From the human T2T-CHM13v2.0 reference genome, Homo sapiens: DNA of 64,000 nt. The notes below the pieces were generated by a model. That model was not told the DNA's origin, did not search any database, and saw only the letters and a list, made by a program, of their open reading frames with translations. Made by a program: the position numbers and the translations under genes. Shown piece after piece: positions 1 to 40,258 of this stretch (position 1 is its first letter; every line of letters begins with the position of its first letter). The stretch lies in NCBI RefSeq assembly GCF_009914755.1, contig NC_060933.1; one strand, 5' to 3'.

Positions 1-14
1 TTACCCAGAGTGAG

Positions 15-2306
<2,292 letters not shown>

Positions 2307-3320
2307 GCTTAATTGTTATTTCTACATGAACTTTAGAATCAGCTTGTCTAATTAAAAAAAAAAAAAAAGAAAGAAAAACATGGTACTTCAGTTTTCATTT
2401 GCATCATGGCAAATTTGTATAGCAACTTAGAATTGATCTTAATAATGTTGAATATCCCGCTCAAGAGTATTGTATGTTTTTCTAATTGTCTAAGTTTTCT
2501 TTTGTGTCTTTCAGTACAGGTTTAGTTTTCTCCCTTTATGTCTTCAGTTTATTCCTAGTTCTTAACTGCTGTGGTATATTGGTATGTTGTGTGTTTCTCT
2601 TATATTTCTTTTTATTTATTTCTTTTTTTTTTTTAAAGAGATGGGATCTTGCAATGTTGCCCAGGCTGGACTCGAACTCCTGGGCTTAAGCAGTTCTCTT
2701 GTTTCAGCACATTATATTTATTATCTGGCCATGTATATATGAAGGCTGTTTCAGAGTATTAATTTGTTTCAGAATATTAATTTTGTATCCAGAAATAGTT
2801 TATCGTATTCTCTTGTCAGTTTTTGGGTTTTCCTGGGAAAGTTTCTTATCTGAGTTTTTATGCTTTTTATTTCTCCCATCTAATATGAAATAACAATGCT
2901 AAGCAATTGTGATAATAATGGATATCTTTGTCTTGTTGCTGTCCTTCGTGGGAATACTTCTGTAGTCTCCCCACTAGTCAGCATAATCTGGTATTTGGTA
3001 TTAGTTTTTTGTTTTTTAAAACTCATGTAAAGGAGATAGCCATATGATTTTTCTTCTTTGAGCATTAATGCTGAATTATATCAGCAGAATTGTTAATGTT
3101 AGTGTTGGACTGTATTTATGCAAAAAATCTCACTTGGACATGGTTTATTCCTAAAATGTACTGGTAATTTTGGTTGTTACTTTTTTTTTTAATCAAGGAT
3201 TTTCATATCTGTATTTATATATTCAATTTTTCCGAAGTTTTTTGGCACCAATATTATACTCATTTTGTAAATACAAATTAGACACTTTTCTATATTTTGG
3301 ATCCATTAAAATCCCACTGG

Positions 3321-4200
<880 letters not shown>

Positions 4201-4464
4201 TGACTCAGCTACTTCTGATTTTGGAAATTTATCATGGTTTTCTTTGTGTCCTAATATTTACACAAGTTTTGTAACATGTTCTTTGGGTATTTTAAAAAGT
4301 GTGTCCTGCTTTCAAGATGCTTTTGATCTAACAATATAAATTAAATCTAGATTAGAGCTAAATTAGATTTGTTATCTATTTCTGCCTAGTTTTTGTTTCC
4401 TATCATTTTTGCCTTTTGAGTGGTAATGCTATGTTATTTGGGGCAATTCAGTATTGATATTCAG

Positions 4465-4538
4465 TGGTTTGCACTCTTTATTGTTAATAAAGTAAAACAC
4501 AATGGTTTGCACTCTTTATTGTTAATAAAGTAAAACAC
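4465..4538. repeat. Perfect 36-bp direct repeat x2 (period 38)
   Basis: tggtttgcactctttattgttaataaagtaaaacac at 4465-4500 and 4503-4538. Confidence 0.97.
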
Positions 4539-5394
4539 CTGTTACGTACTCCATGAAGTCTATAACCTAGAGTCATTTGTATGCTTACTGGTCTAGAAAC
4601 CACTGATTTATTCTTTGTTCTTTTTTCTCTCTCTGAAGTCGTTATCTTTCATTAGTTACCTATTTTTTTTTGTTTGTGTTTTTTCCAGCGCTCTGTTGAA
4701 TTACATATTATTGTATTTCCTTTTAATCCTCTTATAGGTGCTTGTTGCATACCAGTTTTTTTCCCCCAATTACAAAGTATGTGTGTGTTGATCATAGATA
4801 AATGTATGCATCTATGCTTAGTACAGGAAACCTGGAAAACAGCACAAAAGGAAAAACCAAAAGGCTAAATTTGTGATCCCACCATTATAAAAATATCTTA
4901 TCCTTATTTGTTTCCATATCCACATAAACATACTTCTCTCTTTTCCACAATGTCAGGGCCTATTAAATCTTGTTTCTATACGCTAGTGACTCCAATTTTC
5001 TTTTTTAATTTGCGATAAAACGGGTGCTTAGGAAAATCTGAACCAGTATTTTATTCCAGCTGAATTAAAAGAAATTGATGCATAAAGAAAAGCTTACTGG
5101 AGCTATTGAAATGTTCCTCAGTATGAATCAGGGTACTGTGACCTCTTGTTGGCCTTCCATTTTCAGCCAAGTACGCCGATGTGCAGCGGACAGTAATAAG
5201 GGGGCTAAGTTTTGCAAACACAGAGCTTGTGGACAGTGATAGATCCTGAAAGTAGTGTCTCTTGCTAATTCTCAGACTTAACCTGACTGAAAGCAAGGCC
5301 TCACAAATTGAATTCAGTCTTCACAGTTACGTTCTTAACTAACACAAAAAAATATTCTAATACTATTCTGTTCAAATAAAAATTTACGTTTTCT

Positions 5395-5690
5395 GGCCAG
5401 GTGCGGTGGCTCACACCTGTAATCTCAGCACTTTGGGAGGCCAAGATGGGTGGATCACCTGAGGTCAGGAGTTTGAGACCAGCCTGGCCAACATGGCAAA
5501 AACCCATCTCTACTAAATACAAAAAAATTAGCTGGGCATGGTGTGTGCCTGTAGTACCAGCTACCTGGGAGGCTGAGGCAGGAGGATTGCTTGAACCTGG
5601 GAGGCAGAGGGTTGCAGTGAGCCGAGATTGTGTCACCACACTCCAGCCTGAGTGACAGAGGGAGACTCCATCTTTAAAAAAAAAAAAAAT
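5395..5690 (+). mobile_element. AluS
   Basis: Full dimer with A-tail. Confidence 0.93.
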
Positions 5691-7222
5691 TTTTTTTTTT
5701 TTTACATGTTTTCTATAGGTATACTAGTTTACTGGTAGAGTGGTTGGAAATGTTTTGCCTTTTTGAAAGTTATATTTAATTCACCAACCTTTTTTTTTCT
5801 TTAAACACATCGTTGCTGGTTTGAATAATTCGTCAACCTTTGTGGAGCTCTTTCTGCATGTCAGGCAGTATATAAAAGTATCTTTTGTTAATTTTTATAA
5901 TAAGAATCATTTGAGATTACTTTATATGTGGTATAGGGGAATGGTTTCCAGGCTTGGGTTTTATGGATCAGTAAGAAAAAAAATGGGATGATGAACATAT
6001 GATTGCTAGCTTTTAATTTTGTCAATATAGACATTGGTATCATTTATCTTGAATACTCAATATTTAATTTGGAAACATGAATATTTTTCCTTCATTCTCT
6101 CATTATAGATTTATGGTCTATCTAGAGTTGGCTGGTTATTCAGTCTACTACCTTTATTTTACTGATGAGGGAGCTGAGGCTCCAAAATGCCTTTGAGACC
6201 CCAGAGAGAAGACAGAAAACTTCTTTCTCATGAATATATTATAGCCTAATATTGACATGTTACTAGCAGTTACAAACATAAATGTTGCTATGACTTGTAT
6301 GGGAGTTAATTTTTCTTCAGGCTTGAAATGTGATGATTCCCAAAGCCATCTTTTCGTGTAAATTAGATAATTTCCTGGATTAATTTGTATCTTGGGAAAT
6401 TACTGATTGCAGCTATTATTTTAGAAGTGTGACTGATAGCTTACTGAGATTCTGAGTTGCTATTTTGTTTTGGGAAGCGTTTTTAGAGAGTATTATAATA
6501 ATTTGACAGATATGCAAAAGGAAAGGAAGTGAAAATGAGAGAACATTAATACAGTTGCCCTTGGGCTTTCTCCTCCCCTTCTCAGAGGGCCTGGTCCTTC
6601 GCAAGGTGTTTTTTATTATTACTTTTTAAAAATTTCCTGGTCTCCTATCCCTGCCTCCTTCAACTTTTCCTTTTCCCATTTCTTCCCATTCCTTAACCCA
6701 TCTCTTCTTCTTTCATTCTGGCTCCTCCTTCTCTCCCTGCATTTCTCTTGTTACCTGTTTCCCCATCTCTTTTTATTCTTAGATTTATTCTTTGTTCTTT
6801 TTTCTGATGTCTTTAACCAGTAATTCAGATTTTAAGTTACCGGGTTTTCTTCCTGTAGCATTTGAACTGAAGTGATACTGAGCTGGAAAAATAGAACATC
6901 ACTGATAAGTTGTTGGTTTTGGGATTTCTAAGTTTTATTAGTGTAAAAGTTCTTGAATTATGAATGTGTGTTCCAATCCATACCACCAGCTAAAAAAGAA
7001 AAAGAATATGTTTTATTGTTATTTTTGATTGATACTTTCCCTTTAATAGAAGCATATACTTATTTTAGTGGAAATTTATGATTGATTATAAATTTTTTTC
7101 CCTGTGATTAATTATAGCTTTACATTAGTGGCAAACATTTCTTTCAGTCTTGTTTTGTGCACATTTTTTACATAAGGCAATTTAATTTAATTTATTAAAA
7201 CATTTTAAAATTTATAATTATT

Positions 7223-7342
7223 GGCCAGGAATGGTGGCTTATACCTGTAATCCTAGCACTTTGGGAGGCCAAGGCAGGAGGATAGCTTGAGTTCAGAAGT
7301 TCAAAACCAGCCTGGTTAACATAGTGAGACCTCATTTCTATT

Positions 7343-7391
<49 letters not shown>
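7223..7391 (+). mobile_element. FLAM/left Alu monomer ending in an (AC)~23 microsatellite (7346-7391)
   Basis: ggccaggaatggtggct...ctcatttctatt followed by CA repeats. Confidence 0.88.
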
Positions 7392-7393
<2 letters not shown>

Positions 7394-7593
7394 ATAGTTA
7401 TTTTCTATTTATTATACGCTTTTTAAAAATAAAATAATTTTTTTAGTTCCATGTCTACTCCTATGTTATGTGCCTTTAGTAGACACTCTTAGTGCCATCA
7501 CAACGTTATCTTCTGGATTTTCCATTATTTAATCATTTTTCCATAATTGAGTATTTAGATAATAGGAGAGTGTTGTAAAATAAATGGGTTTAG

Positions 7594-10662
<3,069 letters not shown>

Positions 10663-11169
10663 AAAAGGGTTTAAAAAAGTATAGGAAGTTATTGGTGAAA
10701 CGTGTGTACATATATATATGTACACACACACACACACATACATGTATGTACATATATATAAAAGATGTTCTGGGGGAAGAAAACTGACCCTAAATAGGTA
10801 TTAAAATGCCTTTGAGCTTTGAGAGACTGAAGTTTTGCTGCATAGTGGACCTTAGAAAAATCTTTATGTGCCCAAATATAGATTTCTCATATTCTTAAGG
10901 ACTGTGGAAAATAATATATAATATGGGAAAAAAATATTTTATCAGCTCTATTGAGGCATGATTTAAAAAATTTTACATTATTTACTAATAAAGAGAACTG
11001 TATTTTATTTTTCATTTACTATTCCTTGTGGTCTTCTATCTAGTTGTTCACTGCCTCATTGCCTCTCTGATTTTCAAACTTGGAAGTTATTGACACGCGT
11101 CTTTCTGGCCCTCTCCTCTGGAGCACCTCTGCTGCCAATTTTTTTCTGCCATTTTTTTTTTGTAATTTA

Positions 11170-14335
<3,166 letters not shown>

Positions 14336-14479
14336 AAAACAGAAACTTTTCAAGAAAAGTTTTAAAAGAAACTACCAAATTAATAGATGTTACCATATAA
14401 CGTTCAGAAATACAAATATTTTATAAATTATTTCCAGTCCTATTACTTGGAGGCAACCATTGTAAATATTTTTTATGTA

Positions 14480-14612
14480 CAAGTTGAGTATCCCTCATCT
14501 AAATCCTTGGCACCAGAAGTGTTTCAGATTTCAGATTTTCTAACTTTTTGCCTCATACTTATTGGTTCAGCATCCCTAATCTGAAAAAAATGCCCCTGTG
14601 AACATTGAGTTT
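14480..14612 (+). mobile_element. Tigger4a/MER46 fragment
   Basis: caagttgagtatccctcatct...gtgtttcagatttcagatttt...cagcatccctaatctgaaaa. Confidence 0.75.
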
Positions 14613-14620
14613 TGTCTTGT

Positions 14621-15140
14621 CTCCCTCCCCTCCCCTCCTTTCCTCTCCTCTCCTCTCCCCTCCCTTCCCCTCCCCTCCCCCTCCCCCTTCTCCTCCCCTC
14701 CCCTCCCCTCTCCCCTCCCTTCTCCTCTCCCCTTTCCCATCTCCACTTTCCCCTCTCCCCTCCCCCTTCCCTCTCCCTTCCCCTTCCCCTCCCCCTTCCC
14801 TCTCCCTTCCCCTCCCCCTTCCCTCTCCCTTCCCCTCCCCTCTCCCTTCCCACCTCCCCCCTCTCCCCTCCCCTCCCCTCCCTTCTCCCCTCTCCCCTCC
14901 CTTCTCCCCTCTCCCCTCTCCCCTCCCCTCCCCCTTCCCTCTCCCTTCCCCTCTGCTCCCCTCCCACCTCCCCCTCCCCCTCCCCCTCCCCTCCTCTCCC
15001 CTCCCCCTCCCCTCCCCTCCCCCTCCCCTCTCCCCTCTCCCCTCCCCTTCCCTCCCCCTCCCCTCCCCTCTTCCCTCCCCCTCCCCTCCCCTCCCCTCCC
15101 CTCCCCTCCCCTTTCCTCTCCTGCCCTCTCCTCTCTTTTC
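14621..15140. repeat. ~520-bp polypyrimidine (CCCCT/CCCT)n low-complexity tract
   Basis: Almost purely C/T on the + strand; abuts the tail of an antisense Alu. Confidence 0.97.
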
Positions 15141-18726
<3,586 letters not shown>

Positions 18727-18902
18727 AAAGTGTTATTGTTTAAATGAAACTTTCTACCTGAGTAAAATTTAGGAGAAAAATTTTCTTTCTCCCTTAGGCT
18801 GCTTCTCCTTTAACAGGGCTCTTTTTGCTGAGTTCCTGGTTGAATTTCACTGGCTTTACTTGTTTTTTTTGTTTTTGTTTTTTTGTTTTTTGGGTTTTTT
18901 TT

Positions 18903-19622
<720 letters not shown>

Positions 19623-20466
19623 CTAGTTGGGTTTTTAGAGTAAAGTATCCTATTTTTAGATATCAGGTAGTTTAAATAATAGAAATGAAAGGCAGTAGAT
19701 GGAGAATATTTAATAGGCAATTGTGCAGGCATGTGAGTACAGAAAATAAAGTTTCTGCTCTCTCAAGGCTAAAATTAGAAAGCCAGGAACTAAGGCTACT
19801 CCTTCCACTTCTCAGGAAGCTGCTTAGCCTTTCTTCACTATATGTCTCTGTGTCTGTGATCCATTATTATTCAGTTCATAGACTTGCTTTCTTGGCCTAA
19901 TAGTGTAGAGTACACAGGGCTATAAATGGCCACCCCAGTTAAGGTGCTGCTTGCTACTTGATCTTTCAGTTTCAGTGGCTAGCATCATAGAGATAGAGAT
20001 TTTATATCTTTTGGTCAAGGCAAACTGATGGCATAGCCTTCTTAGCTTATGAGCCTGTGGATTGGTCCTCCAAAGTTAGATATCTGACTGATCCATTGAG
20101 AGGTTAATGGATGTGGGTAACTTTTCTGTGGCACTTGGGGTGTGGACAAGGAGGTAATAACTGCTGTCATGACGGATATTAAAATGTATTTTTTTTTCTT
20201 TTTAATATTTGGGACTGACTAGGTCTGGTGCTGTGCTGTCTTTGACTAGCACTTGATTTACCTCTGAGTTCATTATTTTCAACTAAAGTTGAACAACTTC
20301 ACTGTTACTAGTGACCATATATCCCTAAATAACAGAATAAGGGAAACAAACAGTTATTTCTCAAACTTCTAGAAATATTATCCATTTCTTATAAAAACTC
20401 CATACCCTTCGCTTAGTTTGGATAAGGACTTTCTTGGAGCCTGGTGCTTTAAAATCTCAATCCTCT

Positions 20467-28372
<7,906 letters not shown>

Positions 28373-28454
28373 GGAGTAATTCTTTATATTAATTGAAAAT
28401 GATTTTTTTCTAAAGTAGAGAATCCTAATCAAGGAGATTCTTTTCTGGGGAGTC

Positions 28455-28950
28455 TCATCCATTCAGTATTTATTAAATGCTGATGTGTGCCAGGCAATAC
28501 TGAAGGTTTTGAAAATATGTCATTGAATAAGATAGACTTAAATACTTGCCCTATATTTCTTTGGGAAAGAGAAACAATAAATATAATTAAAAAGTCAATT
28601 TATAATGTTAGAAGGCAATAAGTGTTATGGGGAAAAGGTAAATGGTAATATGAGAGTATTGTAGTGAGGGTGGGGTAGTACTTTTAAGTAGGGCGGGTCA
28701 GGGTAAGCCTCACTGAGAGGGTAACATTTGAGCAAAAACTTGAAGGAGTGAGTCATGTGACAGAAGAGTGTTCCAGTTAGAAGGAACAGTTGGTACAGAG
28801 TATTTGAGGTGGATTAAGCCTGTCATCTTTAAAAGCAGCAGTCACCATTACTTAGTACAGTGAGCCAGAGGATGACTGTAAGGAGATGAGGGCAGAGAGG
28901 CTGTGGGTGATGTGAGTACTTTGGCTTTTACACTAAGTGCCATTGAAAAT
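28455..28950 (-). mobile_element. L2 3' fragment
   Basis: L2 3'-end signature cattcagtatttattaaatgctgatgtgtgccaggc. Confidence 0.65.
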
Positions 28951-29111
28951 AAACTCCTAATAAGACTGAATCAGTAGAATTTCCTTCTCAGAGATTTAGG
29001 GTCAAGGAAAAGGTAAGCAGTCAGAGAAGGAACTCTGTAACTTCTAGACTTAGGATAGCAAAAATTAATGCATATCCGTTAGACATAAGATTATGGCAAA
29101 ACAAATAATGA

Positions 29112-29291
<180 letters not shown>

Positions 29292-29361
29292 TAGTTAAAG
29301 TTTAGTGCATTTAAAAGTTTAAAGAGTAAGAATTTGATGTATAGTGAAATAGAAAAAATTA

Positions 29362-31375
<2,014 letters not shown>

Positions 31376-31529
31376 TATTATCTTATTTTTGTTTCTTATA
31401 GCTCCTATTGTTGCCTGGCTCACATTGTTATACACACATACAGATTTTGTGTCCTCTGTTAGATTGTATATTCCTGGGGCCCTGTACGTCACACAGACCA
31501 AATTCCCATTGCCCATTTAACTAGCTTTT

Positions 31530-32030
31530 TCACCTCTTTCCCTTTCTCTGCTAATGTCCTCATTCTCTTTTCAGTCACTCAAGTTAGATTTGCTGTGTCT
31601 CACATTGCAGTTCAGCCTGACCTCATTTTTCACCTGGGCTGTTGCAGTAGCCTCTTTAATTGGCCCTTCTGCTTGCGGTGTTTTCCTTCTATTTTTTACA
31701 TAGTTTCTAGAATGATCTTAAAGTTTTAAATTGTCACATCCCTTTTCATAACTGTTCAAAAGGGTTCAATGACTAACCAGTCCTTATTGAGTATAGTCTA
31801 GACATAAGGTTATGACAAAGCAATTGAGCTCATCACCTCCTCCATGTTCCCTCCAAACCACGTTACTAGTAGTCTGTTAGACCTTGTACGTTATCTCTCT
31901 ATATGTTGCTTCTGCTCATGAGCCGTTATCTCCACCTGGAATATTCTTTTTCTCACTATACTGAAAACTCCGTTCAAATTTATTCTAGATTGCGTGTAAA
32001 TGCTATCTCTTCGAGGGCTTCTTTCTCAGT
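31530..32030 (+). mobile_element. Degenerate L2 fragment
   Basis: cacctgggctgttgcagtagcctct...tccacctggaatattctt...tcaaatt L2-like motifs. Confidence 0.45.
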
Positions 32031-32444
32031 CCTCCCATCTTTAAGGCTCAGTTATATAGAAATGTACTGAGTTACTCCTTGAAAGCAACAAATAGCCCTG
32101 TGTTACTTACTTACTGCAGTACACATTTACTAAACGCATGTTTATGAGAGGTGGTCTACTGGGCACTTGGAGGTAGAGATAAATGCCTTAATCACTGCCC
32201 TCAAGGTACTTACAGTTGAGAGAAGTTACCTAGAGCAACAGAAAAATATGGTACTTTAACTCTTCTTCCTGTGACTTAAGAAGATTTTTAAAAATGCAGC
32301 TTTCAGGAAAAGAAGTTTTGTTTTTCTGGAATTCACTAAGGCATCACCATTTTATTCTAAAAGGTATTACTTTTTTTATCTTCCAAAGTCTATATGCAGT
32401 AAGTAATCATAATGAGGGAACTTCAGTTACTTTTGGGAGAAAAA

Positions 32445-33560
<1,116 letters not shown>

Positions 33561-33779
33561 GTATCTTTAATACTGAATTAATGTTCCTTTTGTGTATGGA
33601 GACTTTATTGGGCCAGAAGAGAGATAGACCTACTTTGTAACGTTTTTCCATGTTTTATTTGTGTAAGAATTTTTTTATTGGCAATAACAAATAGTCATTA
33701 CTTACCTTTGTACATGATACTATTAGCAATATGATTTAAAAACACCTGTCTTGTTTCTCATTATTCACTGCTTTACTGA

Positions 33780-34103
<324 letters not shown>

Positions 34104-34534
34104 TGAGTAGCTGGGACTACGGCATGTGCCACCACACCTGGCTAATTTTTGTATTTTTAGTAGAAGACAGGGTTTTGCCATGTTGACCAGGCTGGTCCCG
34201 AACTCCTGACCTCAAGTGATCCGCCCACCTTGGCCTCTCAAAGGAGGCCAAGCCTGTCTGGCCTACAAAGCAGCCTTAAACTTTGACTGTCTGGAGTCTC
34301 CATGGGGTTGTAGTGTTGTATCTGGTCCCCTCCGTACCCAGAGAACAGTCAGACCTAGAGCTCTAGACAGATGGCTTGAAAGTTCCTATAACTGTCATAT
34401 TTGCCTTTGCATGACAATACAAACTCAACTTTTCAGCTAAAATTTCTTTAGAGTGAGCCAGTAAAACATACACAGCCCTTGCTTCTAGGGTCCAGAAAGC
34501 TTCTGTTGAATGTGGCTCACGTGAGGTAGCCCTT

Positions 34535-34750
34535 AGTGTCATGGTTTAGAACATCCTCTGGTGTCACTCATACATGTGCTGGAGAATTGACCTGTAATAG
34601 CTATATAATCTTGGACAGATTTTTTAACTTCTGCAAGCCTCAATTTCTTCATCTGTAAAGGGAGGATGAGGATGATTAGCTTTTAAGGTTGTTAGAAGAG
34701 TTAAATAATGCATTTATAATGCTTACTCTGGTTCCTGGAACTCCATAAAT
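34535..34750 (+). mobile_element. MIR
   Basis: MIR core gcctcaatttcttcatctgtaaagggaggat. Confidence 0.7.
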
Positions 34751-35604
34751 ACAAGATGACATTATTTATTATTATACTCCAAAACCACATTCTTTTCTAC
34801 TTTAATATTTCTGCCATCCTCAGCCCCCTCCCTCCCTGCACCGCACCCTGCTTTTTCTGCGTTCCAAGTATTCTACATTACTTTGGTAACTAAAAAACAA
34901 AAGTTCAATAAATGTTTGCTAGAAAAGGAAAGAAATTTCCAATTTTTTTAAAATAAAACTTCAAAGAACAATGTTTATAGGGCAATGGGAAGTTAGTTAT
35001 AGCCTCCATTTTTATTAGGGGAACCAATTGCAAAATTGGGTTTTCTCCACAGTTAGAAGAGCAGAGTCATTGCCACTGCTCTTTTCTCATTGTTCCATTA
35101 GTGGTAGAAAGGAAGCCCAGTGATCCCCCCATATGTCTATCTGAGGCACAGCAGCTGGCTCAGGATGTAAAGTAACTTCTTGTCATGTGCCTTTCTAGGC
35201 TTCTCTTTTGTTGTTTGAATTTGAATGGCTTGAGTATGACCAGGGGCTCTTTCCTATGTTTCTTCTCTAAAATTCTGGTGTTAGCACGTTAGACCTCTCT
35301 TTTCCCCCTTTTTTACTTTTAGTGTGTCTCTCACCTTGGACATTAACACAGATACTGTTTAGCTCTAGTGCTTTGGGGTGAAAGCCAAAGATTTTGTTTT
35401 TTCCTGTCCTATGTGAATGTTGCTTTATATAATAGGTCTGTTTCTCTTAAGTGTGCAAAATAAATTTTTGTAAATTGAGCTATACTTAAGATATTGTTAA
35501 AGAACCATGAAGTGGCTCTTTGTGTAATTTGCTGTGTAAAAATCTTAATCTGATTTCTTATAAGTTTTTCTGCATTTTAACTGCAACCTGTTCATCATAA
35601 TCTA

Positions 35605-35820
35605 ATAGATAGTGGTTTAAGAGCATAGAATCTGTAGTCAGACTGCCTGGGTTCAAATCCAGGCTCTTCCATTTAGCTACCTAGCTTTATGCTTGGTTGT
35701 AGATCCTGTTAAGTAGGAATAATAGTAGTTACTTTAAAAGGTTATTGAGAAAATCTAGAGAGTTAATGCATAAAAAGTGTTTAGAATCATGCATGGCACC
35801 TTACAGGTATTTCTTACATG
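35605..35820 (+). mobile_element. MIR
   Basis: gtggtttaagagcatagaatctgtagtcagactgcctgggttcaaatccaggctct. Confidence 0.75.
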
Positions 35821-36072
35821 TTTGGGGCTATCATTACCTAGCATGGGATTTGTTTAGGACATTGTGCTAGATAATAGAGATCCAAGGAGGGTCTGTAGCC
35901 AGGTTGCTGCCCACAAGAGGCTTGTGGGAACATAGTTTGGTTAAATCTTACAAGGACATTGGAAGCCTTACTCTTTTTAAGTGGGGATCATCCCACACGC
36001 CTTAAATGCTGCCTTGTCCGGTTATCCTCTTGCACCAGGAGTGAGGAAGGAGTGAATTGGGTGGTGGGGTAA

Positions 36073-37083
<1,011 letters not shown>

Positions 37084-38212
37084 TGATGACAGGGATTATG
37101 TTTTTTCTTGTTGTTTGGTTGATTTTTTTCGAGACAGGGTCTCATTCTGTTGCCCAGGCTGGAATGCAGTGGTGTGATCATACCTTATTGTAGCCTCGAC
37201 CTCCCGGGCTCAAGCCTGTTGGGACAACAGGCACATGCCATCACACCTAATTTTTGTGTTTTTTGTAGAGATGCGGTTTTGACACGTTGCCCAGGCTGGT
37301 CTCAAACTCCTGACTTCAAGTTATCTGCCTGCCTTGGCCTTCCAAAGTGCTGGGATTACAGGTGTGAGCCACCAAGACTGGCAGTACAGAACAACACATT
37401 ATTGCATTCTAGAATAGAAATCAATAGAAGTCAAGAACCTTTTGCTACACCAGCTTACAGATTTCTTTTCCTTTCTTTTTTTTGAGACAGAGTCTTGCTC
37501 TGTCGCCCAGGCTGGAGTGCAGTGGCACCATCTCGGCTCACTGCCAACCTCCACCTCTCACGCAATTCTCCTGCCTCAGCTTCCCGAATAGCTGGGACTA
37601 CAGGCATATGCCACCACACTCAGCTAATTTTTGTTTTTTTAGTAGAGACGGGGTTTTACCACGTTTCCGAGGCTGGTCTCAAACTCCTGACCTTAGTTGA
37701 TCCACCTGCCTCCACCTCCCAAATTCCTGGGATTACAGGGGTGAGCCGCTGTGTCCGGCCAGCTTACAGATTTTTTAATGTAAAAGCACATCAAGAGACT
37801 ATTTAGAGCCAAAAAGGAGCCTGAGTATATTGGTGGGATATCTGTCAGAGACCATAACAAGCCTGCTATTAGCTGGTAAAAAGATACAAAATCTTGGCCT
37901 GCTTTACAAGTCCCAGTAATAGCATTCTTGGTCAATGATAGTCTGTGTGAATGCTTCTATTGTCAGAGAGCTCATAGCTGCTTGTAAACTTCCATAAACC
38001 TTGGCCCGGGTAAACTTGATAGAGTGCCGAACACCATTATTATCTTCTTGGAGTGGGCTTCATTCTAATTCCTCTTGGTCAGTTGTTGGGCTCTGGTCAG
38101 CACTGTACTTCTTCCTTTTCATGGTACTTTGAATGCTTTAGAGAAATTAAAATCTCCCTGGAAAAGATCAGGGATCCTTGGCCAACACTCCCTTCCTCTC
38201 ATTTAAAGTTAG

Positions 38213-38662
<450 letters not shown>

Positions 38663-38726
38663 TGATCCACCCGCCTCAGCCTCCCAAAGTGCTGGGATTA
38701 CAGGTGTGAGCCACAGTGGCTGGCCA

Positions 38727-39888
<1,162 letters not shown>

Positions 39889-39907
39889 TGAACTTGATAG
39901 TAGGTGA

Positions 39908-40258
<351 letters not shown>

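Noticed and set aside
4465-4538. CRISPR-like 36-bp palindromic repeats
   Set aside because: Only two copies with a 2-nt spacer, in a eukaryotic intron.
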